Shown here piece by piece: positions 1-12,422 of a stretch of 64,000 nt of DNA. Positions within the stretch are counted from its first letter, which is position 1. The number at the start of each line of letters is the position of its first letter. The notes under the pieces were generated by a model, which made no database searches, was not told the DNA's origin, and was given only the letters and a program-made list of their open reading frames with translations. Source of the stretch: Octopus vulgaris (Eukaryota); assembly GCA_951406725.2 (NCBI GenBank), contig OX597820.1:101990001-102054000 (forward strand), read 5' to 3'. A program made the translations under genes and the position numbers.

Positions 1-1322
1 CAAACTTATTCAAATCAACAAACTTTATTAGATGAGTTTTGCTGATGTAAACCAAATCTAGTTCCACTGGATTCTAGTTTACATTAGCTATTTTTTTTTT
101 CTAGACCTAGCTAGAGTTCAACTAGAAAATGCTTTTAAAGGCTTCTTTTCTCAGGTATGAAAATTTTAGTAGAGTTAAAATTTATATCTTTCCCCAGAGC
201 TTTAGTCATTCATATAAATGAAGCGAAACAGGCAACAAATGGAATTAAAGTGGAATTACAAACTTGGCTAGCCAGTTCCTTGTTACTGCTCATTTATTCT
301 CCACTCTCACGTTCTTTCCATAGCAAGCTAAGAATACTTATTGTTTGTTTGTCTGGTGTTTTGAAAATAACTTTCATTCAATGAAAAATTATTTTGAAAC
401 AAGCTTTTTTGGGTTTATTTTTTAACCTAACATTTTGCAAATGTCAGTTTTAAAAACCAATCTTACATCCTTATTTGTAAAGATGATTATGTTACAGAAC
501 CCCAGTTCTCTTGTGCTACATATAACAATAACAGTGAAGAAATGTAGTATGACAAATACAGTCTGGGTTTACAAGACTTTGGTTTGTTTTCTAGGTTCTA
601 AAAGCCTGTTCAGCAGTCCAACAACAATTTGTCTTTTACTTATTTCGTTTGGTATTATTTTACTTTATCAAAAGATACAAAAGTATTTTTTGCTTATCAT
701 TTTGTTTCTTTGTCATAATTTGAGCTCTGTTTTCTAAGAACCCTGCTGGAAAAAAAAAAGTCATATTAAGAACATAAAAATCTTGTCTAGTCATTTTTCT
801 CTAATTCAAAGAAGATCTGAAAAGCATATGTAGATGGGAGCAAAGAAAATTTTTCTTACTAGAGACTTTTTCATAAAGAATTCTCTAACAATGAATAGCA
901 AGATTAAAAACCAAAAGTATCTTGATTTTTGCCTTTTCTTCAAGTCTGGATAATCACCATTTGAATGGAATTTTCCTGAGCTCACTATGACATGAAATAA
1001 TCCATACAACATGAAACATCTATGATCATACTAGTTATTGATATTTCCGTTTTTGAGTACCACTTGTAAGCTTAGATCAAACAAAATTTCAGCCTATAGA
1101 TATTCGGTCATGATGGACAAATTAATGATGATAAGAACTTTCAACCCCAAGTCCCCATAGTTAAAAGTAAATGTTGCAAAGTTTTCTAGCTGTTGTAAAA
1201 GGCAGTTGTTTTTGTTATTGTTTAATCCGGACCCCATGATAGTGTTTCATCCACAATTATCCCAATTAACAAACATAATGCATTTAGAACTGCATTATCC
1301 AAAACATTCTTTCATTCTTTCT

Positions 1323-1550
1323 TTAATCCTTTCATTACCAACCCGGCTGAAACCAGCTCTGGTTCTGAGTACAAACGTCTTGTTTTCATAAGTTTTAAAT
1401 TAAAACCTTCCACCAAACCTTAGTCACAATTTATGTTCCTAACACTAGCTTAATGATAACTAAGTTATTTTACTAAATTCTTTGTTATATTTAAAGTAAT
1501 TCAAAGAAACACAGAGCATCTCAAAATAAATACAGTAATGAAAGGGTTAA
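1323..1550. mobile_element. piggyBac-type MITE, family P1
   Basis: TTAA-(t/c)cctttcattac ... gtaatgaaaggg-TTAA termini; highly similar copy at 17641-17869. Confidence 0.85.
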
Positions 1551-2273
1551 ACAGACAGGTATAATTTAGCTCATCATCATTTAATGTTTGTTTTCCATGC
1601 TGGTATAGATATTGATGGCTGACAGGAATTAACAAGTCAGAGATCTGCACCAAATTCTATTGTCGGCTTTGGCATTTTTTCTATGACTGAATACCCATCC
1701 TAAAGCCAACCACTTTACAGAGTGTTTAGTGGGTGATTTTTATATGGCACTAGCACCTGATTACTATCTCTATCAAAATGTTGAAATCTAAACTCAAATT
1801 TTCATCTGAAATAGCATCACATGAAATGTAATAAATCAATAAGTAAAAAAGATTGTCTTTTATTTAAGACTTTTGATATCAACTTGCCTAAGACTGCTTC
1901 TGGTTCTAAGATACAAACCTCTTCTTTTAAAGTGATCTTAATTAAAACTTTCTATTAAAATTGCATGTTAATTTTTTGCCCCAAATACCAGCTTATTTTC
2001 AAAATTAAGTGAAACAAATTCTGTGTATTTCAATATGGTAGGAAACAGGGTTAAGTTATTTCACTAAACTTCACATAGTTCCTCACAGAATGTATTCTTG
2101 TTGGAAATATGGTAACACAAAATTTCAGGGAGATTTATCTTTCTTGTTAGCTTGTCATGTTAATATATAATTTGTTGGAATGTTGTATAGAGTTCAACTT
2201 TTCTCAGAGAAAAATTTAAACATCATAATGAAGATGTGATACATATCTGCTTAATGAACAGAATCAGCAAGTG

Positions 2274-3047
2274 TCTTTTACTCTTTTACTTGTTTCAGTC
2301 ATTTGACTGTGGCCATGCTGTAGCACCGCTTTTGTCGAGCAAATCGACCCAGAACTTATTCTTTGTAAGCCTAGTACTTATTTTATTGGTCTCTTTTGCT
2401 GAACTGCTAAGTTACGGGGACGTAAACACACCAGCATCAGTTGTCAAGCGATCTTGGTGGGAACAAACACAGACACACAAACATACATATATATATATAT
2501 ATATACACTAGCAGTATCGCCCGGCGTTGCTCAGGTTTGTAAGGGAAATAACTATAAAGCATCTTTAGAGAGTTATAGCCAAAAAATAGCAAAAAAATGG
2601 AAAAAAAATGATCGTAAATTTTTTTTTGAGAGTAAAAAAAGGTTGAGTTGCGTCCCCTAGACAGTCTGTGGTTTTTTTTTTTTTATTCTCGACCCCATGT
2701 CGAATTTATCGATTTTTTTCAGAACTGGGGGAACTTTTCAAAATTTTCGCTGCGTTAGTTTTGAATTATGACATTGGGCTATGCGTGTGTCAAGTTTCAT
2801 CAGAATCGGTTGAAAGCCGTGGTCAGGGTGAGGGTACGAGAAAACAGACACACAGAAACACGCACAGACAAACTGCCGTTTATATATAGAGAGATGATGG
2901 GCTTCTTTCAATTTCCGTCTACCAAATCCACTCACAAGGCTTCGACCGGCTCGAAGCTATAGTAGAAGACACTTGCGCAAGGTGGCACACAGTGGAACTG
3001 AACCCAGAACCATGTGGTTGGTAAGCAAGCTACTTACCACACAGCCA
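2274..3047 (-). mobile_element. tRNA-derived SINE family A (octopus-type), split by the Helitron
   Basis: Matches the other family A copies on both sides of the insertion. Confidence 0.85.
2508..2894 (-). mobile_element. Non-autonomous Helitron inserted in the (TA)n tract of a SINE
   Basis: Minus strand begins TC (tctctatatataaacggc), has a tctg/tgtg microsatellite, and ends with a GC hairpin (cctgagcaacgccggg) ~10 nt before a terminal CTAG; inserted between A and T with no TSD. Confidence 0.7.
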
Positions 3048-3500
3048 TACAATGCAAAACTCAAGAGAACAGTGAGATATACAGAGTAGGAGGTAATCTT
3101 CCAATGGACAATGAGCAGCTGGTTTGATTCTTCAGTTACTTGTAAATCCTTCAGTTTGAGGCGCTTACATTAGATGAAAAAGCATAAACTTAAAATCTCT
3201 CATTCCTCTTACATCAGCAAAGCTAATATTCATTGATCATCATCATCATTTACAGTCTACTTTTTGATGATTGTATGGGTCAAACAAAATTCTCTGAGGC
3301 AGATTTTTTATGGTGAGATGTCCTTCTAGTTCTCAGCTGTTTCCAAATAAGGTAATATTTCCTGTTGACCAGGCATGTTCTGTATAGAAGATTGGAAACA
3401 AACAGTACTTGTTTGACAGTGATGCTAGTTTGTAAATACATGATGTCAGGACAAGGGCAAATACAAACACACACATACATTTATATATATATACATATAT

Positions 3501-3890
3501 AGGAGCAGGAGTGGCTATGTGGTAAGTAGCATGCTTATGAACCACATAGTTCCGGGTTCAGTCCCGCTGCTTGGCACCTTGGGCAAGTGTCTTCTACTAT
3601 AGCCTCGGGCCGACCAAAGCCTTGTGAGTGAATTTGGTAGACGGAAACTGAAAGAAGCCCGTTGTATATATGTATAAATATATATATATGTGTGTGTGTG
3701 TCTGTGTTTGTCCCCCTAGCGTTGCTTGACAACCGATGCTGGTGTGTTTATGTCCCCGTTACTTAGCAGTTCGGCAAAAGAGACCGATAAGTATTGGGTT
3801 TACAAAAGAATAAGTCCTGGGGTCGAGTTACTCGATTAAAGGCGGTGCTCCAGCATGGCCGCAGTCAAATGACTGAAACAAGTAAAAGAG
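3501..3890 (+). mobile_element. tRNA-derived SINE family A
   Basis: A-box gtggctatgtggtaag, B-box gggttcagtccc, central (TA)n(TG)n tract, 3' end gactgaaacaagtaaaagag; more than 10 copies in the window. Confidence 0.9.
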
Positions 3891-5020
3891 ATATGACAAG
3901 CTTCTTTCAGTTCCCTTCTACCAAATTCACTGATAAAGCTTTGGTTGGCCTGGGGCTATAGTAGAAGATACTTTCCTGAGGTGACATGCAGTGGGACTGA
4001 AAGATGAAACCCCATGGTTGAGAAGCAAACTTCTTAACAGCACAACAAGTTGTACTGAATATGTTTAACTGGGAAAGGATATATCATAGCTCTGCTATAG
4101 GGAGCAATAGGTTAGCATCAGAAAGGGCATCCAGTTGTAAAATAGTTCAGAAAATCCTGTTCCACCCATATCAGCATGGAAAAGTACATGAAAAAACAAA
4201 GAGAACGATGATGATGGCAGTAGGTAGACTGGTTCATTGGATACTTGACCACAAAGAAAATGTAATGCCAGATGAAGCATTACAAACTGTTGACTTTCTC
4301 AGCTTGTGACAAGGTACCCTACTATCTCACAAGCCATTCATACTCTCACTTCTTCAAGTATCAGTTCAAATTCCAGCTGATTACTTTCAACTCCTACCCT
4401 TCCTTGTTAGCCCTTATGAGCAATTTCTATACCACTCATCTCCACCAGCCCTATATCAAATTCCAGTCCACTAATATTATCCTAGTTCCATCACCACCAC
4501 TAGTTCTACTCCCCTTCCTTCATGTTTCTCTATCAAATCTCAGCAAACATTACACACTCGATTTTCTTGCAACTAAAATCTTTGCATTTGCTGTTACAGA
4601 TCTTCAGTTCTTAGGTAACAGCTTTTTCCTTCCACCCTGCAGTTCTTTCTGTCGTTAATAAATACACATCCAAAATAAATTAAATAGAAAATAAATGAAT
4701 CAAACAAAACAATTATTATATTACAATTAATCATATTAACATGGAAGCAAAGACAAACATTCCACCCCCACCCCCCATTGAAATGTGAAACTGCTTGGTA
4801 AACCGTACAAAAATTACAGAATCTTCAGCGTTTATTAGTTTTTGCTATAAGAGATGCTACAAAGTCATAATCTTCTCCAAAGTGGATTTGGCAGCCCTGA
4901 ACGATGGAGGAACTGCAATCACTTAATAACACAAGAAAGATGCATATTATTACCTTAGATATCTACCCAAATCAGATATTTTGTGCTTGGCTTGAACACA
5001 AAACAAAACCTTACAGACAT

Positions 5021-5330
5021 AGGTGCAGGAATGGCTGTGTGGTAAGTAGCTTGCTTACCAAGCACATGGTTCCAGGTTCAGTCCCACTGCAAGGCAACTT
5101 AGACAAGTGTCTTCTACTATAGCCTCGTGTCAACCAAAGCCTTGTGAGTGGATTTGGTAGACGAAAACTGAAAGAAACCCCTCATATATATGTATATATA
5201 TCTGTGTGTGTGTGTGTATTTGTATGTCCACCAAACATCGCTTGACAACCGATGCTGGTGTGCTCGACTAAAGGCAGTGCTCCAGCATGGCCGCAGTCAA
5301 ATGACTGAAACAAATAAAAGAGTAAAAGAG
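5021..5330 (+). mobile_element. SINE family A (internal deletion)
   Basis: Same head and tail as the other copies. Confidence 0.85.
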
Positions 5331-5697
5331 ACAGATTAAAAAAAAAAGTAAAAACTTTTAAGAACTGAAGAAATTCCTTTGTCTGACATCATTTAGTTGA
5401 AACTGAACAATGTCTTTCCAAAGATTTGAACTTCCCTAAAAAAAAGAAAATAAACAGGAAACTACTACTACTACTACGAGACGACAACCACGATGATGAC
5501 AACTACTACAAACCTTTCTTTATAGACCACAAGGCTATATATACAGACAACACAAAATGTGTCATAGTAAAGGGATTATAAAACATATGGAGATGTATAT
5601 ACACACACATCTATATATACACATGAGGCAATGCAAAAACATAAGACAATACAATGAAACAGCTTAAAATCTGTTGCACTAAATAAGAACAACTCAC

Positions 5698-5772
5698 CCA
5701 TAAAAAGTATGAAGCCACTACTGAGATCAAGACACCCCATGACTTTGACCAACTTCTACTCTGATTAACTAA
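5698..5772 (-). CDS. Putative exon G (LVNQSRSWSKSWGVLISVVASYFLW)
   Basis: Acceptor tttgcag|TTA, strong donor TGG|gtgagt; 75 nt, phase 0-0. Confidence 0.55.
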
Positions 5773-6496
5773 CTGCAAACCAGGTCCAATGAAATAGTTT
5801 GTGAGTGTCTCTTATTTTAGTTGAACTGCAAAGTTTATCACATTCTCCAAGTAGGTTTTCCTTAGCTTTTGATAGACTATTGAGATGGTTTTCATAAACC
5901 ATCTACCATTTTGAGATTGGATATAGTCATCCCTTACCTTGTCTTTAACCAGCTTAGTACTTCTCTAGCCATCTCTGAGCTTCTTTAGCAGTTCCATTAT
6001 GCCACAGATTTCATTTTGGAGAAACTTTGAAATACAGGATCTCTCATGAAGTGTGTGCTGCTTTCTTGTACTCTCTGATGGTCAATTCTCTTACTTCTAC
6101 TTTTGAGGCTATATGAAACTTTCCCACCCAATTTTTAAATATTTTTTGAACAAAAGTATGTAATTTTCCTTCTTGTCCTATCTTGGATGGATTCCACAGG
6201 TAAAGAGGTACTTACATTTGTAACACTTCTATACTTTTTCTTTTAATTAGTGTTGAGTTTTGTCTGGTACTCTTTTTGACTTGAAACACTAGCAAAAGTT
6301 TAATCTGTTGTTATAGTTGCTAGAGCATTTGTTATCATTTAAATCTAAATTTAAGACCTTTGTCAGCCACACTCCAGCTATTTATTTAAAACTGTATATG
6401 ACTATGAGCAGGCTGGAACCCTTATCTTGCTCTGCATATCAATCTCTTGGAAACTGTTCAGAAATGTGCAACCATGTCAGGCATCTACCATATTCT

Positions 6497-6802
6497 GTGC
6501 CGGTGGCACATAAAAAGCACCATCCGATCGTGGCCGTTACCAGCCTCGCCTGGCCTCCGTGCCGGTGGCACGTAAAAAGCACCATCCGACCGTGGCCGTT
6601 TGCCAGCCCTGTCTGGCACCTGTGCCAGTGGCATGTAAAAAGCACTCACTACACTCACGGAGTGGTTGGCATTAGGAAGGACATCCAGCTGTAGAAACAT
6701 TGCCAGATCAGACTGGGCCTGGTGCAGCCTTCTGGCTTCCCAGACCCCTGTTGAACCGTCCAACCCATGCTAGAATGGAAAGCGGACGCTAAATGATGAT
6801 GA
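6497..6802 (+). mobile_element. Repeat family C (RTE-like 3' end with internal ~50-bp repeats and a (GAT)n tail)
   Basis: Repeated gtgccggtggcacgtaaaaagcaccatccga units; ends catgctag...cggacgctaaatgatgatga. Copies at 46105-46490, 50448-50830 and 59938-60245 (all minus). Confidence 0.8.
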
Positions 6803-7131
6803 TTGCGTGAACACATTAAAGCAATAAACGTATTGTGTGGATACATTAAATCTCTGCTGTCTAGCAACTGACTCTGTAGACACCCACAAGATTATCCACC
6901 AGCTTTCCAACAACCTTGGGCACCTTTTTGAATTCCATATATCTAACACCAATGGACGCACAAAAACGAAAAACAATACAGCAGACATTCTTTATCATGC
7001 TCAGAATTGCTGAAGCATGGGATAAACTACCCATATCAGTTGTTAGCTGTTAGAACACTACATCCTTCAAAACTTCTAAGCTTCCCAAAATTCGCCAAAA
7101 GTACACCTGCATCTTTTTCTTAAAGATATTC

Positions 7132-7510
7132 ACTCTTTTACTTGTTTCAGTCATTTGACTGCGGCCATGCTGGAGCACCGCCTTTAGTCGAGCAACTCGA
7201 CCCCGGGACTTATTCTTTTGTAAGCCCAGTACTTATTCTATCGGTTTTTTTTTGCCAAACCGCAAAGTGACGGGGACATAAACACACCAGCATCGGTTGT
7301 CAAACAATGCTAGGGGGACAAACACAAACATACACGCACACATATATATACATATATACGACGGGCTTCTCTCAGTTTCCGTCTACCAAATCCACTCACA
7401 AGGCTTTGGTCGGCCCGAGGCTATAGTAGAAGACACTTGCCCAAGGTGCCAAGCAGTGGAACCATGTGATTGGTAAACAAGCTACTTACCACACATCCAC
7501 TCCTGCGCCT
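7132..7510 (-). mobile_element. SINE family A
   Basis: Full-length reverse copy. Confidence 0.9.
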
Positions 7511-9421
7511 GTTCACTTCCTTGACATATGCTCCGTACCATTCATAAGAACATTATATTTCACATTTTTTTTTCTTTTATGCTTCTCAAAATGTAACTGT
7601 TTTGTTTATAACTGAGCTACTTAGTTTAATTTCAATACTTTTCCATTTTCCTTTCTTTTTAAACACCCTGTGGCTTCAGAATTTAAGATGAATGTATATT
7701 CACTGCTACAATCATCTCCACCTACTACTTATGTTAGTATTTTTATGAAATGCTGGCAAAGTAGCCACAGTGAGACCTGGAAGGAATTAACAGATGTTAA
7801 AAAGAAAAAAAAAACTGTCATTGCTTAAGATTTATATTATTGCTCTCAGCAGTCAACTGGTGTCTCATAACCAACTACATCATCTTAAACAACAACAACA
7901 ACAATAATAATAATAATAAAAGTAATGGTTTCCACTAATAATAACTGTCTTGAATGGTTCAGTCAAATAAACAGACCCCCAGTACTTTTCTTCTTTCTAA
8001 GCTCAGTACTTATTCTGTTAGTCACTTTTACTGGACTGTTAAGTCACGGGGATGTAAACCAGGCTTAAAACAAGAATAAATAAGTACTGGGGTTGATTCA
8101 TTCAACCAAAAGTTCTTCAAGGCAGTGCCCCAGCATGGCCACAGTCTAAGGACTGAAACAAGTAAAAGATAAAACCAACATTGGCAACACACACATGTAT
8201 ATTTTAACATAATGCGCTTCTTTCATTTTCCTTCAACCAAATCCAGTCACAAGGCTTTGGTCAGCCTAGGGCTATAGTAGAAGACACTTGTCAAAAGTCC
8301 CACTTGATAGGAATGAACCCGATATGTGATTGTGTAGAAAATTTCTTAACCACACAAATTTGAGACCTTAACCAACAATTCTTTTATGTTATTCATTAAT
8401 ATGTTTCTTTATTAGCCACACAGGGCTGCACACAGACAGGACAAATTACAAGGTAGAGCTTTTCTTTTTGGAGATAAAGAAAGGTGGGTTGGTTTTCGAT
8501 CAAAAGGGATTGTAAATGGAAAGAAAGAGAAAAGCAAGAAAAAAAGAAAAAAAAAGAAAAAAGAAAAAGAAAAAAAGGAAAAAGAAAAAATTGATCAATA
8601 GGGATCGTTATCATAGAAATGTCAATGTAAAGTGTAAAGGGGAAGACAGGTGAGGTTTACCCATGGAAAGAAAAGCCTACGGAAAAGGCCACGGTAACCT
8701 CGGTCAATGAAGTCACATGTTATATTTTTTTTACAAATAAGCAACTCTCTGAAAGCAAAAGATAATCGAAAAATAACAATAGAGATGCATATAATCTTCA
8801 AATGAACTTTCCTGCAATAGTTTCTACAGTTTCTACATGTGTAGATACACGCACTTCCATCTAAGAAATAGTTTAGAAAACCAACTGAAATGCTATACAA
8901 TATCTAGTTTACTGTCCTATTATTCAACTGGGCAGAGTTCTTAAGTAATAGTGATATTCAATTACAATTGTTTATATCACATTCTCATGCTTAGAAAAGA
9001 GAACTTAACACTGTCAGCCGCATTTTCAAGACTGAAGTTAAGAAAATGGGTTTTACTGTGAGGAGTTGGAGGAAATATAAGCAGCGTTTACCGTCATGTA
9101 AGCTGCTTCGAGTGAAATAATGTGATGGAACACATAAAGGTTCATGTAAGTTCTTCTGCTTTTTATGTGAGGATACAGTAATGAGAGTAGCTAGAAGGAG
9201 AAAGAATCAATCTTATATGGTTGACAGTCATCATTATTTTAATGTCCTCTTTCCCATGCTTGCATGAGTTGGACAGACTTATCAAGGCAGGTTTTCTAAG
9301 GCTGGATGGCCTTCCTGTTCCAAACCTTCATTAATTTCCAAGCAAGGTAATATTCCCACACCACCGCCACCATCCCATGGTCAGGCACATTTTCACAGAA
9401 TACTGGAAATGAATGGCAACA

Positions 9422-9577
9422 TTAACCCTTAAGCATTCAGATTACTTTGTCAAATGTAATGCTTATTTATTCATAATGGTTTGAATTAATTATGCATTAT
9501 TTTGTGGTTTTGAGAATCCCATGCCATGACTTTAGTTTTTTAGCCAAATATGGCTGGTTTAAATGCTAAAGGGTTAA
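9422..9577. mobile_element. piggyBac-type MITE, family P2
   Basis: ttaacccttaagcatt...aatgctaaagggttaa; related copies at 24855-25082, ~19224-19449, ~16322-16541 and ~61140-61345. Confidence 0.8.
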
Positions 9578-11356
9578 GCAATATAAAAACATGGAGATAC
9601 AAACATTCACACACTCAGACATGCATATGCTTTGCTTCTTTCAGTTTCTGTCTACCAAGGGCTTGGTAGACAGTTTCTGTCTACTTAAAAGGCTTTGGTT
9701 GACATGGAGCTAAAAAACACTTGTTTGAGACGACATACAGTGAGACTGAACCCAGAACCAATAACGATGATAAAATTATCATGCTAACGAATATCCTTTT
9801 TTTTTTCTATACACATTTGATATTAGCCTTTGCTATTAGTAGTAGCACTAAACACAATCTACTTGCAAATAGTTTCCTTTTAAGTTTCACCAAATGATCA
9901 GTTTAAAGATATGCATTACACACACTGCCTTAACATGGTAAGAATTAACAAAATCATCAGCATTTATTATTTTTATCAAGCTGTCATGTAGAATAATGCT
10001 GTCATATTCTTCATTTCCTTTCAGCCAATAAACTTTCTAGGTATTCTAAATTGACACTCATACTGCTCTCTATCCAATTCAGTTATATAGATTCGACAGT
10101 TTCAAGAGCAATCTTCTGATTATGTATTCCAACATACCAATCACTTCCAAATATTTTATAGCATTTCTTGTGAGTTCTACTACAGTACCATTCTACTATA
10201 GTACCATTAATGCTTGTTAAAGTAATTTCCAGAGATGCAGTGGACTTACACAATAGAAATGCAATTATGAAGTTATGTCTCAACAGTTTGTATTCTGCCA
10301 TCACTATATAATGTCTAAGTAACTTAAGTTTTTGCTAATGGTGTAGCATGCCAAAGAAGAATAAACCAGTTGATCATTAGCTGCTATGTGCTGCATTCAA
10401 GTCTTTTTTTATATGGTATTAGAAAAGATATTAGGAGTTGCTCTAGTAATCAGCTAAAACCCAAATTCCACCACAAGTCTATTGTTTTTGTTATTGCAGT
10501 GGTTGCCGCAAAAGAAGCTCAGTACTTCAATTTTTACTGTTGCATATAGTTTATTTTCAGTTATGAGATATGTATGATATCTGGTAGAGGTATAGTATGA
10601 ATGAATGGTTAAGAAGTTCACTTCACAAACATGAGGTCTTGGATTCAATCCCATTGTGTGGCATCTTGGGCAAATACTATTTTGTACAGCCTTGGATCAA
10701 CCAATATCTTCTGAGTTGAATTGGGTAGATGGAAACTGTACAGAACCTGTTGGGTGAATTGTATCCATTAATCCATAAGGTACAGCTTGTGTTACATTGA
10801 TTCTACCTGAGTATTTTGTTAATGGCACACATGTCAGTGGAATACTCAGCCACTTACACACTAATTTGGGGACAAATCATTCAGTTGATCAAACAACTGA
10901 ATCTTTTTCATTGAATGACAGAGATCCACTAACGGGGGTGGGGGAATAGAAAGATGATGTCTGCGCTGTACCAGAGTTCATCCAACTTATCAGTGATCAT
11001 CACCAGAAAAATACCATGGATAATTCCTTCATTTTTGTAATGACAATTACTCATGTATCGTAAGAACAGTTTCTTCAATAGCTTTGTTCCACATCTCTAA
11101 ACTAATACTGTAGTTGGTCTTTGTAGCAAATGTTTATAATCAGAACCTAATATTATACACCAAGTCACAGATTAAAGTCAGTGCATAGCTTATGATCATA
11201 AAGTCGTGAGTTGGATACCCATCAGTGCATTGTGTTCTTGAGCAAGACACTTTACTTCACATTACTCCAGTTCATTCAGCTGGCAAAAATGAGTTATATC
11301 CATGATTCAAAGGACCAGCCTTCTCACATTGTCGTGTCGAATCTCCCTGAGAACTA

Positions 11357-12422
11357 CAGGGTGGTCTGAAAGTCTTGTTACCCACTACATATTGTTTATT
11401 ATTGTCATTATTATTAATATTTTTTGTTTTAGCACAACACCCCACATGTAATGATTTGGCCTGCCATATTGAGCAAGCACCTGATAGGACACTATTTCTT
11501 CAAGGGTACTGTTAACCAGCAATCTTACTTGGCCATGTTAAGGGAGTGGTTTGTTTCAGAGTTCCAGAGATTGAATGCTGACTGAATGACTGTCGGCTTC
11601 AACAAGATGGTGCCCACCCCACTATGCTATCACTGTCCAGGAATACCTAAATCAAGTTTATCAGGATAGATGGATAGGGTGAGAATCGCAGCAACTTCCA
11701 GCACCTGTCTAGACCTCACATCTTGCAATAATGCTCTGTTGGGTATCATCATGGAGAGAGTTTCACATGAACAATACCAGAATACCCATCGGTTGAAGGA
11801 CACTTTTGGAGAGCCTTTGCAATGATCACTAAAGCACAGCTTTGTAAAACATCAGTAAGAATTGAACCATCAGATTACAACTTGGAATATTCAGCTCTTG
11901 AAGAGGATAATGACTAGAAAGAGAAAGATCCCACCTTAGTTCAGGTAAGAACAAAAGTGGAAGAACCTGCACAAACTTTCTTAGAATCTTGGAAAGATAC
12001 TGTCAGATCCTCTCAAAGATGCTGATATTCTCAGTACTGATAATTCTGACAATGTGATGCAATCTAGACATGCAGAGGTTATTGCTAAATCTTCAACATT
12101 TCCTACTAAAAGAAATTGGGATTCTGATGACAACATTTATGTGTCTGTTGATGACATTGAAAATGAACTTGGTATAACAGAAGTAATTAGAAATTTATCA
12201 TCTATATCTCACCACAAAATTGTCACAGAATCTTCTGACGTGGTGCCACTTCATTTTGTGCCACAAAAACGATGGTGTTCCAACAGACCTTCTCAATGTG
12301 ACAGTGTCAATGAAAGTGAATAAACTAAATCCAGTTCATGCTTTAGATTAATGCATTATTTGTTTTCCTATTGTTCTTATTACTTTTTGTTAGGGGGATA
12401 ACAAGACTTTCAGACCACCCTG
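11357..12422 (+). mobile_element. Defective Tc1/mariner element with TA TSD, nested in a SINE
   Basis: 24-bp perfect TIR cagggtggtctgaaagtcttgtta/taacaagactttcagaccaccctg flanked by TA; decayed transposase motifs QQDGA (~11600) and an SPDL-like segment (~11710). Confidence 0.88.

Noticed and set aside
860-990. Possible further minus-strand exon (...GDYPDLKKRQKSRYFWFLILLFIVREFFMKKSL|gtaaga)
   Set aside because: The donor is good, but the available acceptors give phase 1, incompatible with exon G unless an unseen exon intervenes.
3501-3575. tRNA-like A and B boxes in SINE heads
   Set aside because: They belong to SINEs; no complete cloverleaf was seen, so they are not called as tRNA genes.
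5780-6240. Minus-strand KYLFTCGIHP resembling a TatD motif
   Set aside because: Single short motif surrounded by stops; too weak to call.
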